In this document: piece after piece, positions 46,178-58,635 of the stretch
Layout: every line of letters starts with the position of its first letter
How positions within the stretch are numbered: position 1 is the stretch's first letter
DNA from: Daphnia carinata
Lineage: Eukaryota
Reading direction: 5' to 3'
Assembly: GCF_022539665.2 (NCBI RefSeq)
Contig: NC_081331.1
Location: 8,060,001-8,124,000, forward strand
Length of the DNA: 64,000 nucleotides
Notes under the pieces: model-generated
Database searches by the model: none
Told to the model about the DNA's origin: nothing
The model's input: only the letters and a program-made list of their open reading frames with translations
Program-made: the position numbers and the translations under genes

Positions 46178-47014
46178 TGTAAAGCATCTTCCTTGTGGGA
46201 AGATGGACTTTACGAATTTAAGACAATAAAGAATAAAAATAATAAAATAATAAATGAATAAAAGAATGATAGAACTCAGAGGCGTTGTACCCACAATGAC
46301 GACTATATTTGTCTTAGTTAAGCATAAAAGTACAAGAGGTTTCGAATAAAAGAACAAGAGAAACATACGAAATAAAAGGGAAACTGAAAGTGTAACGGGA
46401 TAACTGTAGTGTGAGCTTACCGCAATAGCACGGGCAGAATAAGAGAGCAGATGTAAGCTGAAGACGAGTTGTAACACAACTCGTCGGCACGTTGGTAACA
46501 CAAGTTGTAAGAATTGACTCTCACTTGGGCACGAGACCAAGATCAATTCTCAAACACAATATTGAAACAAAAGGAGGCACGAGCTGAATATGAACTTGAC
46601 CGTAAGAGTCAGATACTCGTCGGTAACTCTCTTTCTTCAGGTCTTGAGTTCATCAAGAAACTTCGCATATTGGGCAATGATAAATTGCTGCGCAATTATT
46701 AGTCATCAATACATGGAATTGGATATGGCGAGATGATGGTGCAATAATGAGTCATACTTGTTTCCGCCAATCAAACGTGTTGTTATAAGCGGCTTTGTGC
46801 CGATGAAATATGATATAGCATAAAGCAGGTGTTTATATAGGTCAAGTTGCTGCGCATATTGATGGTGCAATATGGAAATGGCGCAGTTATAAGAATTACG
46901 CAGTTATGGAATTGCGCAACTATATTGTGCAATTAATATGAATTAAATGGATATAATAATAAGCATACATAGACAAGAATATAAACGTATAAAGTATTTA
47001 TTGACTTCGTTACA
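46178..47014 (-). repeat. 5' LTR of element 2
   Basis: Followed on the minus strand by TAA-TGGTGGCAGCG (PBS). Confidence 0.95.
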
Positions 47015-48676
47015 AGTGAATAAATTTATTTTAACGTATCTCTTTCGATAGGGAAAAGGCAAAAAAACTGTGGGAAAAACGAGAATCAGAGTGGGGAAGC
47101 GGAAAGATTAGCTCGCAAGAAGTTAATGGAAGAAGTGATAACGATCCAGAAAAAAACAGGCAAGGCACCTATCTTTGTATGAACAATTTCAACCGCCCGT
47201 TCTACATAGTTCAAATTTCTTTAGATTGACGAAAGACTGCTTGTAGCATGGCAAGAAAGAGAGCGACTTTTACTTGATCGGGAAGAACTTATTCGCTCGC
47301 TCGAGAGCTACCATAATCAAATGAAGATGAGGGAGATGGAAACCAAAAATACACAAATTCAAACGAAAGTGCAGCTGTTGGCCCAAATTGATCAAAAACA
47401 GCGTAGTGAAGAAGAATTATTTAGGCTAGAAGAGCAAAAACGCAAACACCAAGAAACCAATGGAAGTAGCCCACAACCAAAAACATTGGAATATTGCAAT
47501 GGATAAACTTGAACTTTAATATTACAAATACTTCATTCTTTTCTAAATTCGAAGCATTTTTCATGTTTTTCTCTTCTATCGATAATACTCTTGGTGTAGT
47601 TTTTAAAATGTACTAGTCCGCAAAAATGGTATCTTAAAAAATTTACTGTATCTCTTATCGGAACTCATCGTGCTCCATGGATAGACAAAGTACCAACGGA
47701 AGCATTAGGAGTACGCTCCGTTTCTCGATGCTTTTTAAAATGATTTTCCAGTAAGTGCTACATCCTCCAAGGAAGATTTTTTTTTTTCATCAACTAGAAG
47801 AAATTCCGGCCCAGCATGTACCTGTCCCTGAATTCCCAAATCGGCCGCCAGTGAAGACAAGAAGCGGACGAATTTCCCGTCTCCCCATTATCCTCGAAGT
47901 TTTTGATCTGAATTAATAGTTTTGATGGTTGATATTGATTTTGCGTCATCTGTTTTCGGAATTCACTATTCGATTGTTTTGTTTTTTTTTTTATTTATTT
48001 ATTTTTTTTTGTTGTTGTTTTTTTTTTTTTTTTTTTGTTTTGTTTTGTTTTCCGCTAATTTAAATAGCGCTTTGCTCCAACCACCCATAGTTTCCCCCAT
48101 CCGTGAGCTATTTTGTTTAGTTGTGTTGATCTTGATTTTGAACTCACACCCAGATGTAGGAATCGAATGCATGAGAAGGGAATGGTAAGGTTTATGTGTT
48201 GAACGGGTTGGGTATAGCTTAGGTATAAGTTTAGTTTAGTTTATCAGATTTTGTTTTTTTCGTTTGAGCGAGTAAGATTGTGGCAGGAACCTTTATTTTG
48301 TGTGGAATTTGTTATGATTGTTCAGTGCCTTTTAGCACGGGTGAAATTATTGTGGTGTTATGTATTGTTTATTATGTATGTGAATCGTGAAAAGTCACAG
48401 GCCAGGAAAGGCCGAATGTTGCGGGGTACCACAGATACCCCGCTGACATTACGACAAGTCCCTTTTCCCCCTGCTAGATGTCACGTCTGGTGACACCCCT
48501 TTTCTCTTACCCTCACCATCTCTCGAGCGGACACTGTGGTTAAGACTGTGAAACTGGGAACATCGCTTTTGTTGCTGAGATATTTTTTGTAATACGGGTG
48601 CCGTGCTAGGCTCCATCGTGTGAAAAAGAACTATAGTCTGAATAAAAGAGGCTTGTGGGCCTTTATCCTGCAACAA

Positions 48677-51600
48677 TATGCAGATGTTAGAAGCCATCTT
48701 GGCCATTACGGCGTAGTTTTGTGGGAAGAAGACAACAATTTCTATCGCATTCAGATAACCAAGGAGATGGTGAATGACGCAGAAATTCACTTCGTCGATT
48801 ACGGAAATCTTCTTGAGGTGCCCCGATGCCAAATCCTTGCTCCCCTTGAAGGTTTGACGCGCTTCCGCCATCCTCCTTTCGGCATACATTGCAGGCTAGA
48901 GGGTGATGTGGCCTTGTCCGTCTCGGAATGGAAAGAGGCCATCTTGGATAAGTCGGTTGTGGTTACTATGGGAAAGTGTGAAAATGGAATTTATTCCGTC
49001 ACATTGACAAATGATCCCTGCAATTATGAAATTGCCAAAATGGTTTCAAAAAAGGTTATCCCGACATGGAAGGTGTCAAACAATAGTGAGTTCTTCGTTT
49101 TTTTTATTGATTCACCGACTGTTGTTTATTTCATTATTTCCTTTTCAGCACCAGCGGTCAGTGTACGCAGCGATTCGTCGCCAGCTGCTCCTCAAGCAGT
49201 GCCCCCAGCGGAGCCGAGCGAAGATCGACGAAGGAGAAACAAAGATACTAAGGCCTCGGGAATCGGAGATAGGCTGATATCGTAGGGGAAAGCTACGGGC
49301 TCTTCCACGGCAATCAAATCGAGAACGTTGGTGTCCCCGATGAAAAGCGATTCCACAAATTGCACGCCGTTATTATCCGTTCCCAATGATGCCCAGAGCA
49401 TTTGCTCCAACTGGGAACAAATGTCGTTGAATTTTTCTGCAGTCGCTTCCGAACATTCCACAGACAAATCTCCCTGGATAGCCATGACCGGAATGTTTAA
49501 GAATTTCTCAGGTAAATTGAGTATATCTTCCTGTGAGACGCGGAGAGTATCACCGTAATCGATGAACCGAACTTCTGTAAAGTCTTTGAAAATGCTGATG
49601 ATCTCGGCGCGGTACCATGCGCCGTACATGTAGTGATGCACTCCATAAATCTGATGGATAAAACGTTGCCCTATATACTACATGTAATTCTTCGATGGAT
49701 GGTCGATGCAAGTACGAGTTACACAGCTGTTCAATCAAGTCGACGCCATCGGTGGAGAAGAGGCGAACGTTCAGGGTTCCATCGATCACGTTCGCGCAGT
49801 GTACGGTGAAGGCTTCCGATTCGACAATGACAGTTTCAAAAGCCAGTGAAACTTCTTCTGTGAAAGCTTCTGCTCCAACTACACTGCATTTATAAGCAGC
49901 GGCAGGTTGGTGAGACACATCCACTAGTAGCCGTCGCAAATCGCTGATGTTTACTGCGCAACTGTTGCCGTAATCCACGTAATGAACAGTGGCAGTGTCC
50001 CCGTCAACAGATTCGACAGTAGCGCGATACCAGCAACCATCGTCGGCGAAGAACGCCAGGCAAGGCTTACCGACGGAGGCCGTATAATCTTTGCAGTTGG
50101 TGAACTCGGGATCAAGAACCAAAACGTCAATACGTTCCGAGATGCCAAAGATCGATTTCGGTTCTAATTGAACCCAGAACTCAGCTTCTCTGCTTATAAA
50201 TGCAGTGTAGTTGGAGCAGAAGCTTTCACAGAAGAAGTTTCACTGGCTTTTGAAACTGTCATTGTCGAATCGGAAGCCTTCACCGTACACTGCGCGAACG
50301 TGATCGATGGAACCCTGAACGTTCGCCTCTTCTCCACCGATGGCGTCGACTTGATTGAACAGCTATGTAACTCGTACTTGCATCGACCATCCATCGAAGA
50401 ATTACATGTGGTATATAGGGCAACGTTACGTTACGTAACGAAAATGCTGATGATCTCGGCGCGGTACCATGCGCCGTACATGTAGTGATGCACTCCATAA
50501 ATCTGATGGATAAAACGTTGCCCTTTGATTCGGAATGATTCTTTATCCGCCTCGTAAGTATCGGCTATTTCGTCCAACATTCCAATGAGCACGTCATTGT
50601 TATGTTGCAGTTGAAGCCAGAACTCATTTGGAGATACGGAATAAGTGACGTACACCTTCACACAATAAACGCGCGGCTGACCCTCCGTAACCGACTCCGA
50701 CGTCGATGGCTCTGGCATCACAGGTGTAAGTTTCTACGTTCGTCTCATTGAAACCAGTTTGCTGCTGGCCGACATGGTTCGCATGCTGAACACGTAGTAC
50801 TCCGGTAAATTGCGATGTAGCGTTACCTTATGTCACTTGTTTAATCTGTGGTTCTTTTTATTTGTTCAAAGACGAAACTCAAGGATTCATCCTGAATGCC
50901 AAAGTAGGTTCTGCTTGTGCAGTGCAGTATGAAACAGACAACCAATGGTACCGCGGAAAGATAACTGAAATGAAGGAATCTTCTTTAACACCTCAGTTCA
51001 CCGTGCTATTTGTTGATTGCGGCAATACCCAGCTGGGTTCCCCGAAACAAGTAACGTATATTGACGAGTCCTTTGTTCAACTACCACCGTTAGCTTACCA
51101 TTGCAAGCTGGAAGGAATAGAAGGCTCCCGGACTTGGACGATTGAAGGAGAGAACAAATTCAAAGAATACAGTATGGACAAAACTTTTACCGCCACTTTC
51201 GCTGCCTGCGATTCTGAAGGCAAATAGCCTACCCCATACAACTGGTCGATGAAAATGGAGGTGTTAAAATCATCATCAATGACTTGTTTATGACAAAATC
51301 AACATGCCTTTCACCACCCAGTGAAGGGTATACCTATCTTCCGGTACCAGAAACGCCAATCGATGTGGACATTGCATGGTATCATAACCCAGGTAGGATC
51401 TTCACTAGCCCAGTGGATCTCTCAGCGTATCAGGTAAAGCATATCTTTTGTTCAAAGAACTTCAGGCTATTTTGATTCATGATTAACATGTTTTCCTTCA
51501 AATGCTAGAGTGAATTGGATGAACTTGAAAAGTTTTATTCACCCTTATCTCATGATGAACTGGTAGAGGACCAACCCAGAGTTGGATTGCCTTGCGTGGC

Positions 51601-54600
51601 TCGCTTTGCCGGAGACGAACGTTACTACCGATCACGAATTCTAGCTATTCAAGATAGCGTAGCCAAAGTGCTTTTTGTTGACTACCGAAATGACCAGGAC
51701 ACTCCATTGTCGCAGTTGAAACGGATTGTTCCGCGCTTCATGAAATTTCCACAGCTGGTAACTTTGAATATTACGTTTTTACCACGTAATGTAACAACCA
51801 ATCAAGTCTCGAATTCGTGTTTTAGACATGGCATTCGAAATTGAAGGGAGTGAAGAAAATGGTTACCGGCCCACTCAATCCCAATCCACAAAAACACATA
51901 GCCGCCTGCTTTTTAACTGAACAGACGATCTCCGCATCGTTCCATCCCGTTGGTCCAGGTAAACGTTACTTTACTAATCATAAAGTGATCATATCAAACG
52001 AATATCATCAATTGTTAGATAACAACGGAATATTCGAAGTGGATCCGGTAGTTCCCGGGATTGGCGATGTGGCGCAATACTTGATTCAACAAAAAATCTT
52101 GGACAGCATCCCAATGGAAACTGAAACAAAATTTGCGGCCCAGAATTTAAATTTCGATCCAGGGGAAATCATTTCCACTCATGCCGTAGCTCCTTACGTC
52201 AAATCAGCCACTGAGTTCTGGGTTTAATTAGAACCGAAATCGATCTTTGGCATCTCGGAACGTATTGACGTTCTGGTTCTTGATCCCGAGTTCACCAACT
52301 GCAAAGATTATACGGCCTCCGTCGGTAAGCCTTGCCTGGCGTTCTTCGCCGACGATGGTTGCTGGTATCGCGCTACTGTCGTATCTGTTGACGGGGACAC
52401 TGCCACTGTTCATTACGTGGATTACGGCAACAGTTGCGCAGTAAACATCAGCGATTTGCGACGGCTACCAGTGGATGTGTCTCACCAACCTGCCGCTGCT
52501 TATAAATGCAGTGTAGTTGGAGCAGAAGCTTTCACAGAAGAAGTTTCACTGGCTTTTGAAACTGTCATTGTCGAATCGGAAGCCTTCACCGTACACTGCG
52601 CGAACGTGATCGATGGAACCCTGAACGTTCGCCTCTTCTCCACCGATGGCGTCGACTTGATTGAACAGCTGTGTAACTCGTACTTGCATCGACCATCCAT
52701 CGAAGAATTACATGTAGTATATAGGGCAACGTTTTATCCATCAGATTTATGGAGTGCATCACTACATGTACGGCGCATGGTACCGCGCCGAGATCATCAG
52801 CATTTTCAAAGACTTTACAGAAGTTCGGTTCATCGATTACGGTGATACTCTCCGCGTCTCACAGGAAGATATACTCAATTTACCTGAGAAATTCTTAAAC
52901 ATTCCGGTCATGGCTATCCAGGGAAATTTGTCTGTGGAATGTTCGGAAGCGACTGCAGAAAAATTCAACGACATTTGTTCCCAGTTGGAGCAAATGCTCT
53001 GGGCATCATTGGGAACGGATAATAACGGTTGTTGTCTTCTTCCCACAAAACTACGCCGTAATGGCCAAGATGGCTTCTAACATCTGCATACAGAAGTGGG
53101 GAATTGGGATTAGAAGCATACACTGCCGTGAGCTCCGAAACCATATCATTCAGACTGTCGACGGGGATGTTCTCAAACTGTCCAAAAAAACAGCCGGGGT
53201 TCTCTGGATGGATCACGCAAAGGCTTTCTTCCAAATCTAATTGAACTGGAGAAATCTGTTGATGGATGTAAACAAATTCGAAAGTTACACAACTGTTTGA
53301 AAGCATGCAAATTCTGATTATACTTACATCCGTAACGCACGTAGGGACCACATTGCTCTTCGGTGGTGTTGATGGGCTTGAGGCGACGGTTTGAAATTTT
53401 GTTGCGAGAAGGTTCGACTGAATCGAAACAAGAACTTCCTGTAAACTATGGCCGTTGGGGCCGTAGAGATTTACTTTCTGTTTCCCCTCATCATCTTCCA
53501 CAACTTCGACTTGCAGATAGTCGGCTGAGTTCACTAATGCAGTGAATATTTCTTTCAGGCCAGTGAGTTTCAAAACTTCTTCCACACCAAATAAAGACAC
53601 TCGATAAGCAAACAAGCGTGGCATCAGCAATTCATCCGGGATGTGGCAAATCAAAGAAAGGCTAACCGGCTCTTGCGTTCCAATATCGACGAAATAAACA
53701 GTACAACTGCATAGGTTACCACACTCGTTGACGCCTGCGATCAATCCGCGATGGAAAAGCTTATCGGTAGGAGAAACTGCAATACATAGGGTACCCAGCT
53801 TCGGTTTTCCATGCATCGGACGGCTAACTACAGTGTTGAGTTTTTTGCGTAAGCTCATAAGATCTTTGACTTCACTTTTCAGTTGGACATAGAATTTTAG
53901 AGGTCCGTTGGGAATGTGTGTTACGATGACATCGTGCCTTCCGCAATGAGGTATATCGTTTGTTACGAACGCTCTGGGAGGGATTGGCGATTGTTTCGAG
54001 GAGTAGCTTGTCGTCACCGTAAAAGCAGGGTGTTGGTCACGATAAGTAGATGGGATGGCGAGCGCAGGTGGTAGTGTGTTGTTGGCGGCCGAACTGTTGC
54101 CTCCTATTTGGCCAATGTTGGCAGCAGCCGTCATGAAGGCAGGTTGTCTTTCGAGCACATCACACATGTTTAATGCTTCATGGTATGTCTGTGCGGCTAC
54201 ACCCAATCCTTGTTGAATCATCAAGGATGCCAAAAGTTGATTGTTAGAGTCAAAGAGCCGCACACCTTGGTGTTCACCATACATCCCCATTGGTGCAGCT
54301 TTCCATGTTCTGTTTTCCACATTAATTTTTAAGAACATCATGGCAGGCTCACTCCACTGAGAATGATCTCCAGGTCCACGTGGGGCTACCATATCAACAA
54401 GGATGAATTTACTTGCCAAAGGAGGCCACTCTATAATGTGTTTAGCCTCATGCCCAGGAATATCTAATGTTCGAACAAAGGCTAAAGGAACAGAGTGAGT
54501 ATCTCCAGAATCAATGCAAAAACTTCAATTGTGCCTGAATGACTGAGTTTGAGTTCGCGCACTCTTGCCCTGTGCCACTGGTGATTCATCAGCAAACAAC

Positions 54601-54805
54601 AAACTTGATCCAACATATTTAGATTCAACGGGGGAGGCATTATTTCCAGAAAATGTCGGACAGATTCGAGATATTTTTCCATTAACAAATACAGGCTTCG
54701 GTCGTGGGTCATCCCCCAGAAATAGACACATGGTCCTTGACGACCTCGGGGGGAATCATCAATGTGAGTTACACGTACTAGCATACTAGCACCCACCATT
54801 TTCAA
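48677..54805. pseudogene. Scrambled multi-Tudor-domain gene (tudor/TDRD-like); fragments on both strands
   Basis: Repeated Tudor cores (WYRA..V.FVDYGN, WHRARV, FHRGLI..YFVDIG). The N-terminal part at 54805-53029(-) continues at 48677(+). Duplicated inverted blocks and premature stops. Confidence 0.9.
49367..53028. repeat. 818-bp inverted repeat (49367-50184 vs 52211-53028), plus nested 238-bp inverted repeat (49662-49899 vs 50190-50427)
   Basis: Near-identical reverse-complement arms; mirrored ORFs appear in the ORF track. Confidence 0.92.
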
Positions 54806-55430
54806 GCACTGGCTAGATTTACATGAAATCTCTGCAATATCACAAGATTTAAGTTAGAACGACTGAACACTTATCATTGTAACAACAATGACCACAACGA
54901 TAAGCGAGGAACAACCCACGCTTGGCACTGGTCATGGCCTACTATAATAACGGCCAGCAAGCGCGCAATACCCCCTGCGCCTAAAACTGAATTGCCAGAG
55001 GGGCCTAATACCCCAAATCGAAGTCCACTTTCTACAGCTTCATCCCACCCATTCCAATTTCTTTTACTTTTCCCACTGATTGGCAATGGTGGAGAGGTAC
55101 TACTGTCGTAGTACCAAACAGTGGAAAGTGGAGCTCGGTGTTGCATCAATTCTCTCTCGTTAACCGTAAACAAGCAAAATGGCTACGTAATTTCAAAGAA
55201 AAAAGAATCTGAAGAACAGATGGCTTGGTATACAAAGAAATTCTTACACCGTGGTCATCATAAGTCATCTGTCATCGGTCCACTTGACATCACCTCTATT
55301 CTGATTCGTATCTGGAAAACGGTAAGCTATCAGTCGTGCAATCACTGACAATTAATAGTTTTCGTCTGTTATTATTGTGGTTGTGTTGTATTATTTATGA
55401 CCGCAGCTCTATTTGGTTCCTTTAATCTAG

Positions 55431-57146
55431 ATGGTTCGTAATTATAAGCGAAAACGGTCACATTCTCCGCCAAAAGAAGAGATAATGCATCGCGCTGTAA
55501 CTTCTGTGTTAGCGGGAGGACATTCGATACGGCATGCCAGTTCATTTTTCAATGTTAAGAATTCCACTTTGGGCAGGTATTTGAAGACATTTCGCGAAAG
55601 TGGTCCTCCGCTTTCAACACAACGTGGTATGCGACTGGAACATGCTCGTCAAATTATTCCGATTGGGTTCGAGATGGAATTGGCCAATTATTTGAAGACT
55701 TGCTGTTTGATGAGCCACGGCCTAACTCCAAGAGAATCCTGGTGCTTAGCCTTTAAATTTGACATCGCTAACGGTTTAACCGTGCCAACAAATTGGATAG
55801 AGAAAGAAAAGGCATCCGAAGATTGGTTTGCGTATTTTTTAAAACGCAACCCGTCTTTGTCTATCCGCGCACCCGAGGCGACAAGTCAGGTACGTGCCAG
55901 TGCATTTAACGCACTCGTTGTAGACAAGTTTTTCGATAATTTAATTGAAGTCATGACCAAATATCGCATCCGACCCGGCCGGATCTGGAACACGGATGAG
56001 ACGGGCATTCCAACTGTCTTGTCACCACCGAATGTTGTCGCTACAAAGGAATTAAAACAAGTCCAATTAACGGTTTCGGCTGAGCGTGGAGTAACCAATA
56101 CAATAGTTGGCTTCATCTGTGATGCTGGAACTCATTGTCCACCCGTCTACGTATTCCCCCGTAAAAACTTCCTTTCGTCAATGTCTTCTCATGGACCACC
56201 TGGTTGTCTTGGTATTGCCCATCCTAGTGGTTGGATCAACGCCGACACTTTTTTGATGGCACTTCAGCACTTCAAGAAGTTTGTTGATTGTTCCGTCGAC
56301 AATCCTATTCTCCTTCTACTTGACAACCACAGCAGCCACATGGACTACAAAGTTATATGTTTCGCAAAGGAAAGCGGAATTCATATGTTGACGTTTCCGC
56401 CACACTGCTCTCATCGGCTGCAGCCGTTGGACATCGCCGTCTTCGGTCCATTTAAATCTGCTTTAAGAAACAGGTTTCAAGATTGGCTGAATCTTAATTC
56501 CGGCAAAAGAATCAGCATTCACGATGTTGCGGAGTTGACTCGGGATCCTTATTTGTTGTCATTTACTCCAGAGAACATCATATCGGGTTTTAAGAACAGC
56601 GGCATTTCCCCTTTCAATAGAGGCATTTTCCCTGCTTCGCTCTATACGCCGTCGTTTGCCACTGATCGCCCGATTGGTAAGATTAAATCTTAAGTTATTT
56701 TGATTTATATTATTCTGAAAATCAATTTATTTATTATAGAGTCGCTGTCGACCGATCCGTCGGAACCGTTGTTTCCTCCAGCGGCGCCTGAGACAGATTT
56801 ATCGGTTCCGCATTCTCCTGAAGAAGCGCTACCAAACGATCGGATCGTCTTTCAAGTTCTGTCAACGCCCGCTCGGACCGGATCTAATGGTGTTTCTAGT
56901 CCGATTGTGCTCCCGGTAAATGTGATACCGTTTCCTAGGGTTAGCTCAATCTCTAGTGTGAGTGGAAGGCAGAGGACACAGGGCCGGACGAGGATACTTA
57001 CGACCACACCGGACAAAAATGCGAAGATCGAAGAGGCTACCAACAGAAAAACACGCAAGCCTCCCGCTCGTCAATTGGGTAAAAAACTTAGGCAGCCAAT
57101 AGTCAATGATGAAAACAACTTGCGTAAAGAAGAAGAGGAACATTGA
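55431..57146 (+). CDS. pogo/Tigger-like (DDE_1) transposase, intron ~56677-56739
   Basis: N-terminal HTH (SIRHASSFFNVKNSTL), CENPB-like W...FLKRNP.LS.R, and WNTDETG, LLLDNHSSH, HRLQPLD catalytic motifs. Confidence 0.9.
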
Positions 57147-57544
57147 ACATTGACTCTGATCCCCTATATCGCCCAGTCTATATCGCACCCGCGCCAACAA
57201 GAACACGTTCCAGTCGCCAGACTAAAGCTAATCCGCGACCGGATATACAAATTTAATTATTGTTACTATGTTAATTTTGTACAAAACATATTACAACTCA
57301 GCTGTGATTATATATTATGAGTTTTCATCATTCCTATTTTGGTATTAAAATGTTTTTTAACACTGACCTCCCTTTTTGTCGTTTCCTCTGGGCAATTTTC
57401 TAGTCTACAGCAACTTAAAAATATTCTCGCCGATCGGTTTAGCAAACCATGCCAAACTATATACTGGCTGGTTTGTAATAAGACAACGTAATTGAAAACA
57501 TTGTTTCAAAAATTTTAGGACCAACCAGTAACACGATATTGGCT

Positions 57545-57784
57545 CTGTCCTAAGTTACCCCAGGTCCGTCCCAAGTTACCCCGGTGATCGAGTAAGTCAA
57601 TTTTAAGCCAATTTCTTATTTTTTTCTTGCCACTAAAATTTAAAATATTTTCCAGAAAAAAATTCAGTATATAAATTAAGAAAGTGTGGTTTTTATGGAA
57701 AAGAGATTTTTTTAAAATCTATCATTAGTCAAGAGTTTTTTGACGAAAAAGAAACGCGTCCCAATTAGCCCCGGTCTCCCCCTA
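57545..57784 (+). mobile_element. 3' end of the pogo-like transposon (subterminal repeats and TIR followed by TA)
   Basis: GTCC(T/C)AAGTTACCCC twice, then GTCCCAATTAGCCCCGGTCTCCCCC-TA; no matching 5' TIR found. Confidence 0.65.
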
Positions 57785-58635
57785 CTGCTAAAGCTTCGTT
57801 TTCTTTGGTACCGTATTTTGTCTCAGCTTTTTTTAATTGTCTACTAGAATATAATAATATAATATAATAATAATATATAGAATATAAAGTATGCAATCGG
57901 ATGTTCATGGCCATTTTTTATTTGCGAAAATGCCACTCCTATGGTAACGAATCGTCTAGCGAAGCCCCTTCTTACCTTCTTTCTTAAATAGACTAGAACC
58001 TCATACCTGTAGCCCCTTGTTACTCAGAGCCTTCATTTACTAACCTAGTTGTAAAACTCCCTTAAGAATATAAAAATAATGAAGACATGTCTGGGCACGC
58101 TGGCTAAAAATAGATTTATTCCGGTTGGTCCGAGATTACCCGAAATGGCCTAAAACCGCCCGACCGATTTCTAGCTATCGTCCAAATTCGTTCGATACCG
58201 CCCGAATTTGCCCGCCTATACCTCTCCATTGCGCCCAAAATCGCCCGATACCGCCTGATATTGCCGCCTATCCTTTAACACTGTCCCGCGAGGCACTCAC
58301 GGTCGAAGGCTAACATATAAGAAGCCATCGACAACTCACAGTAGTTAGTCGACCCCTTGAAGAACTATCTCGTGTAGACCTTCAGCACCCTTCCGAGCCG
58401 CTACCTCATCCTTTCCAGCTGAAGCGTAAGTCTTCCTCTTGTTGCTCTAACCTGCTTGTTCCTCAGTACCCCCTACACTAGGTTTTCTGCTAAGATCCTT
58501 ATGTGTTAATTGAGTTAACGGGTGATAAGTTAACGGCAATTGAATAAATAATTTTTATAAATCTTCTATATCGTATAGTTTACTATTTTACCAATTTCCG
58601 CGAAAACTGATTTCCGAATCTCACGGATAAAGTAA

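Larger units (their letters stand above)
34679..47014 (-). mobile_element. Ty3/Gypsy LTR retroelement with env-like gene, element 2 (full length, apparently intact)
   Basis: Two 837-bp LTRs, AGTG TSD (34675-34678 and 47015-47018), PBS at 46164-46174, uninterrupted gag, pol, accessory and env ORFs. Confidence 0.97.
33995..47510 (+). pseudogene. TCHP: Trichoplein-like coiled-coil gene fragment, with element 2 inserted in an intron
   Basis: Exons at 33995-34643 and 47052-47510 encode EKERLQQSEFLFQ/EKAKKLWEKRESEW-EAERLARKKLMEEV..; in-frame TAG at ~34068 and homopolymer frameshifts. Confidence 0.7.

Noticed and set aside
47640..48500. Possible retroelement 3' end (KTRSGRISR peptide, T-rich tract)
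   Set aside because: Too short and degenerate to support a call.
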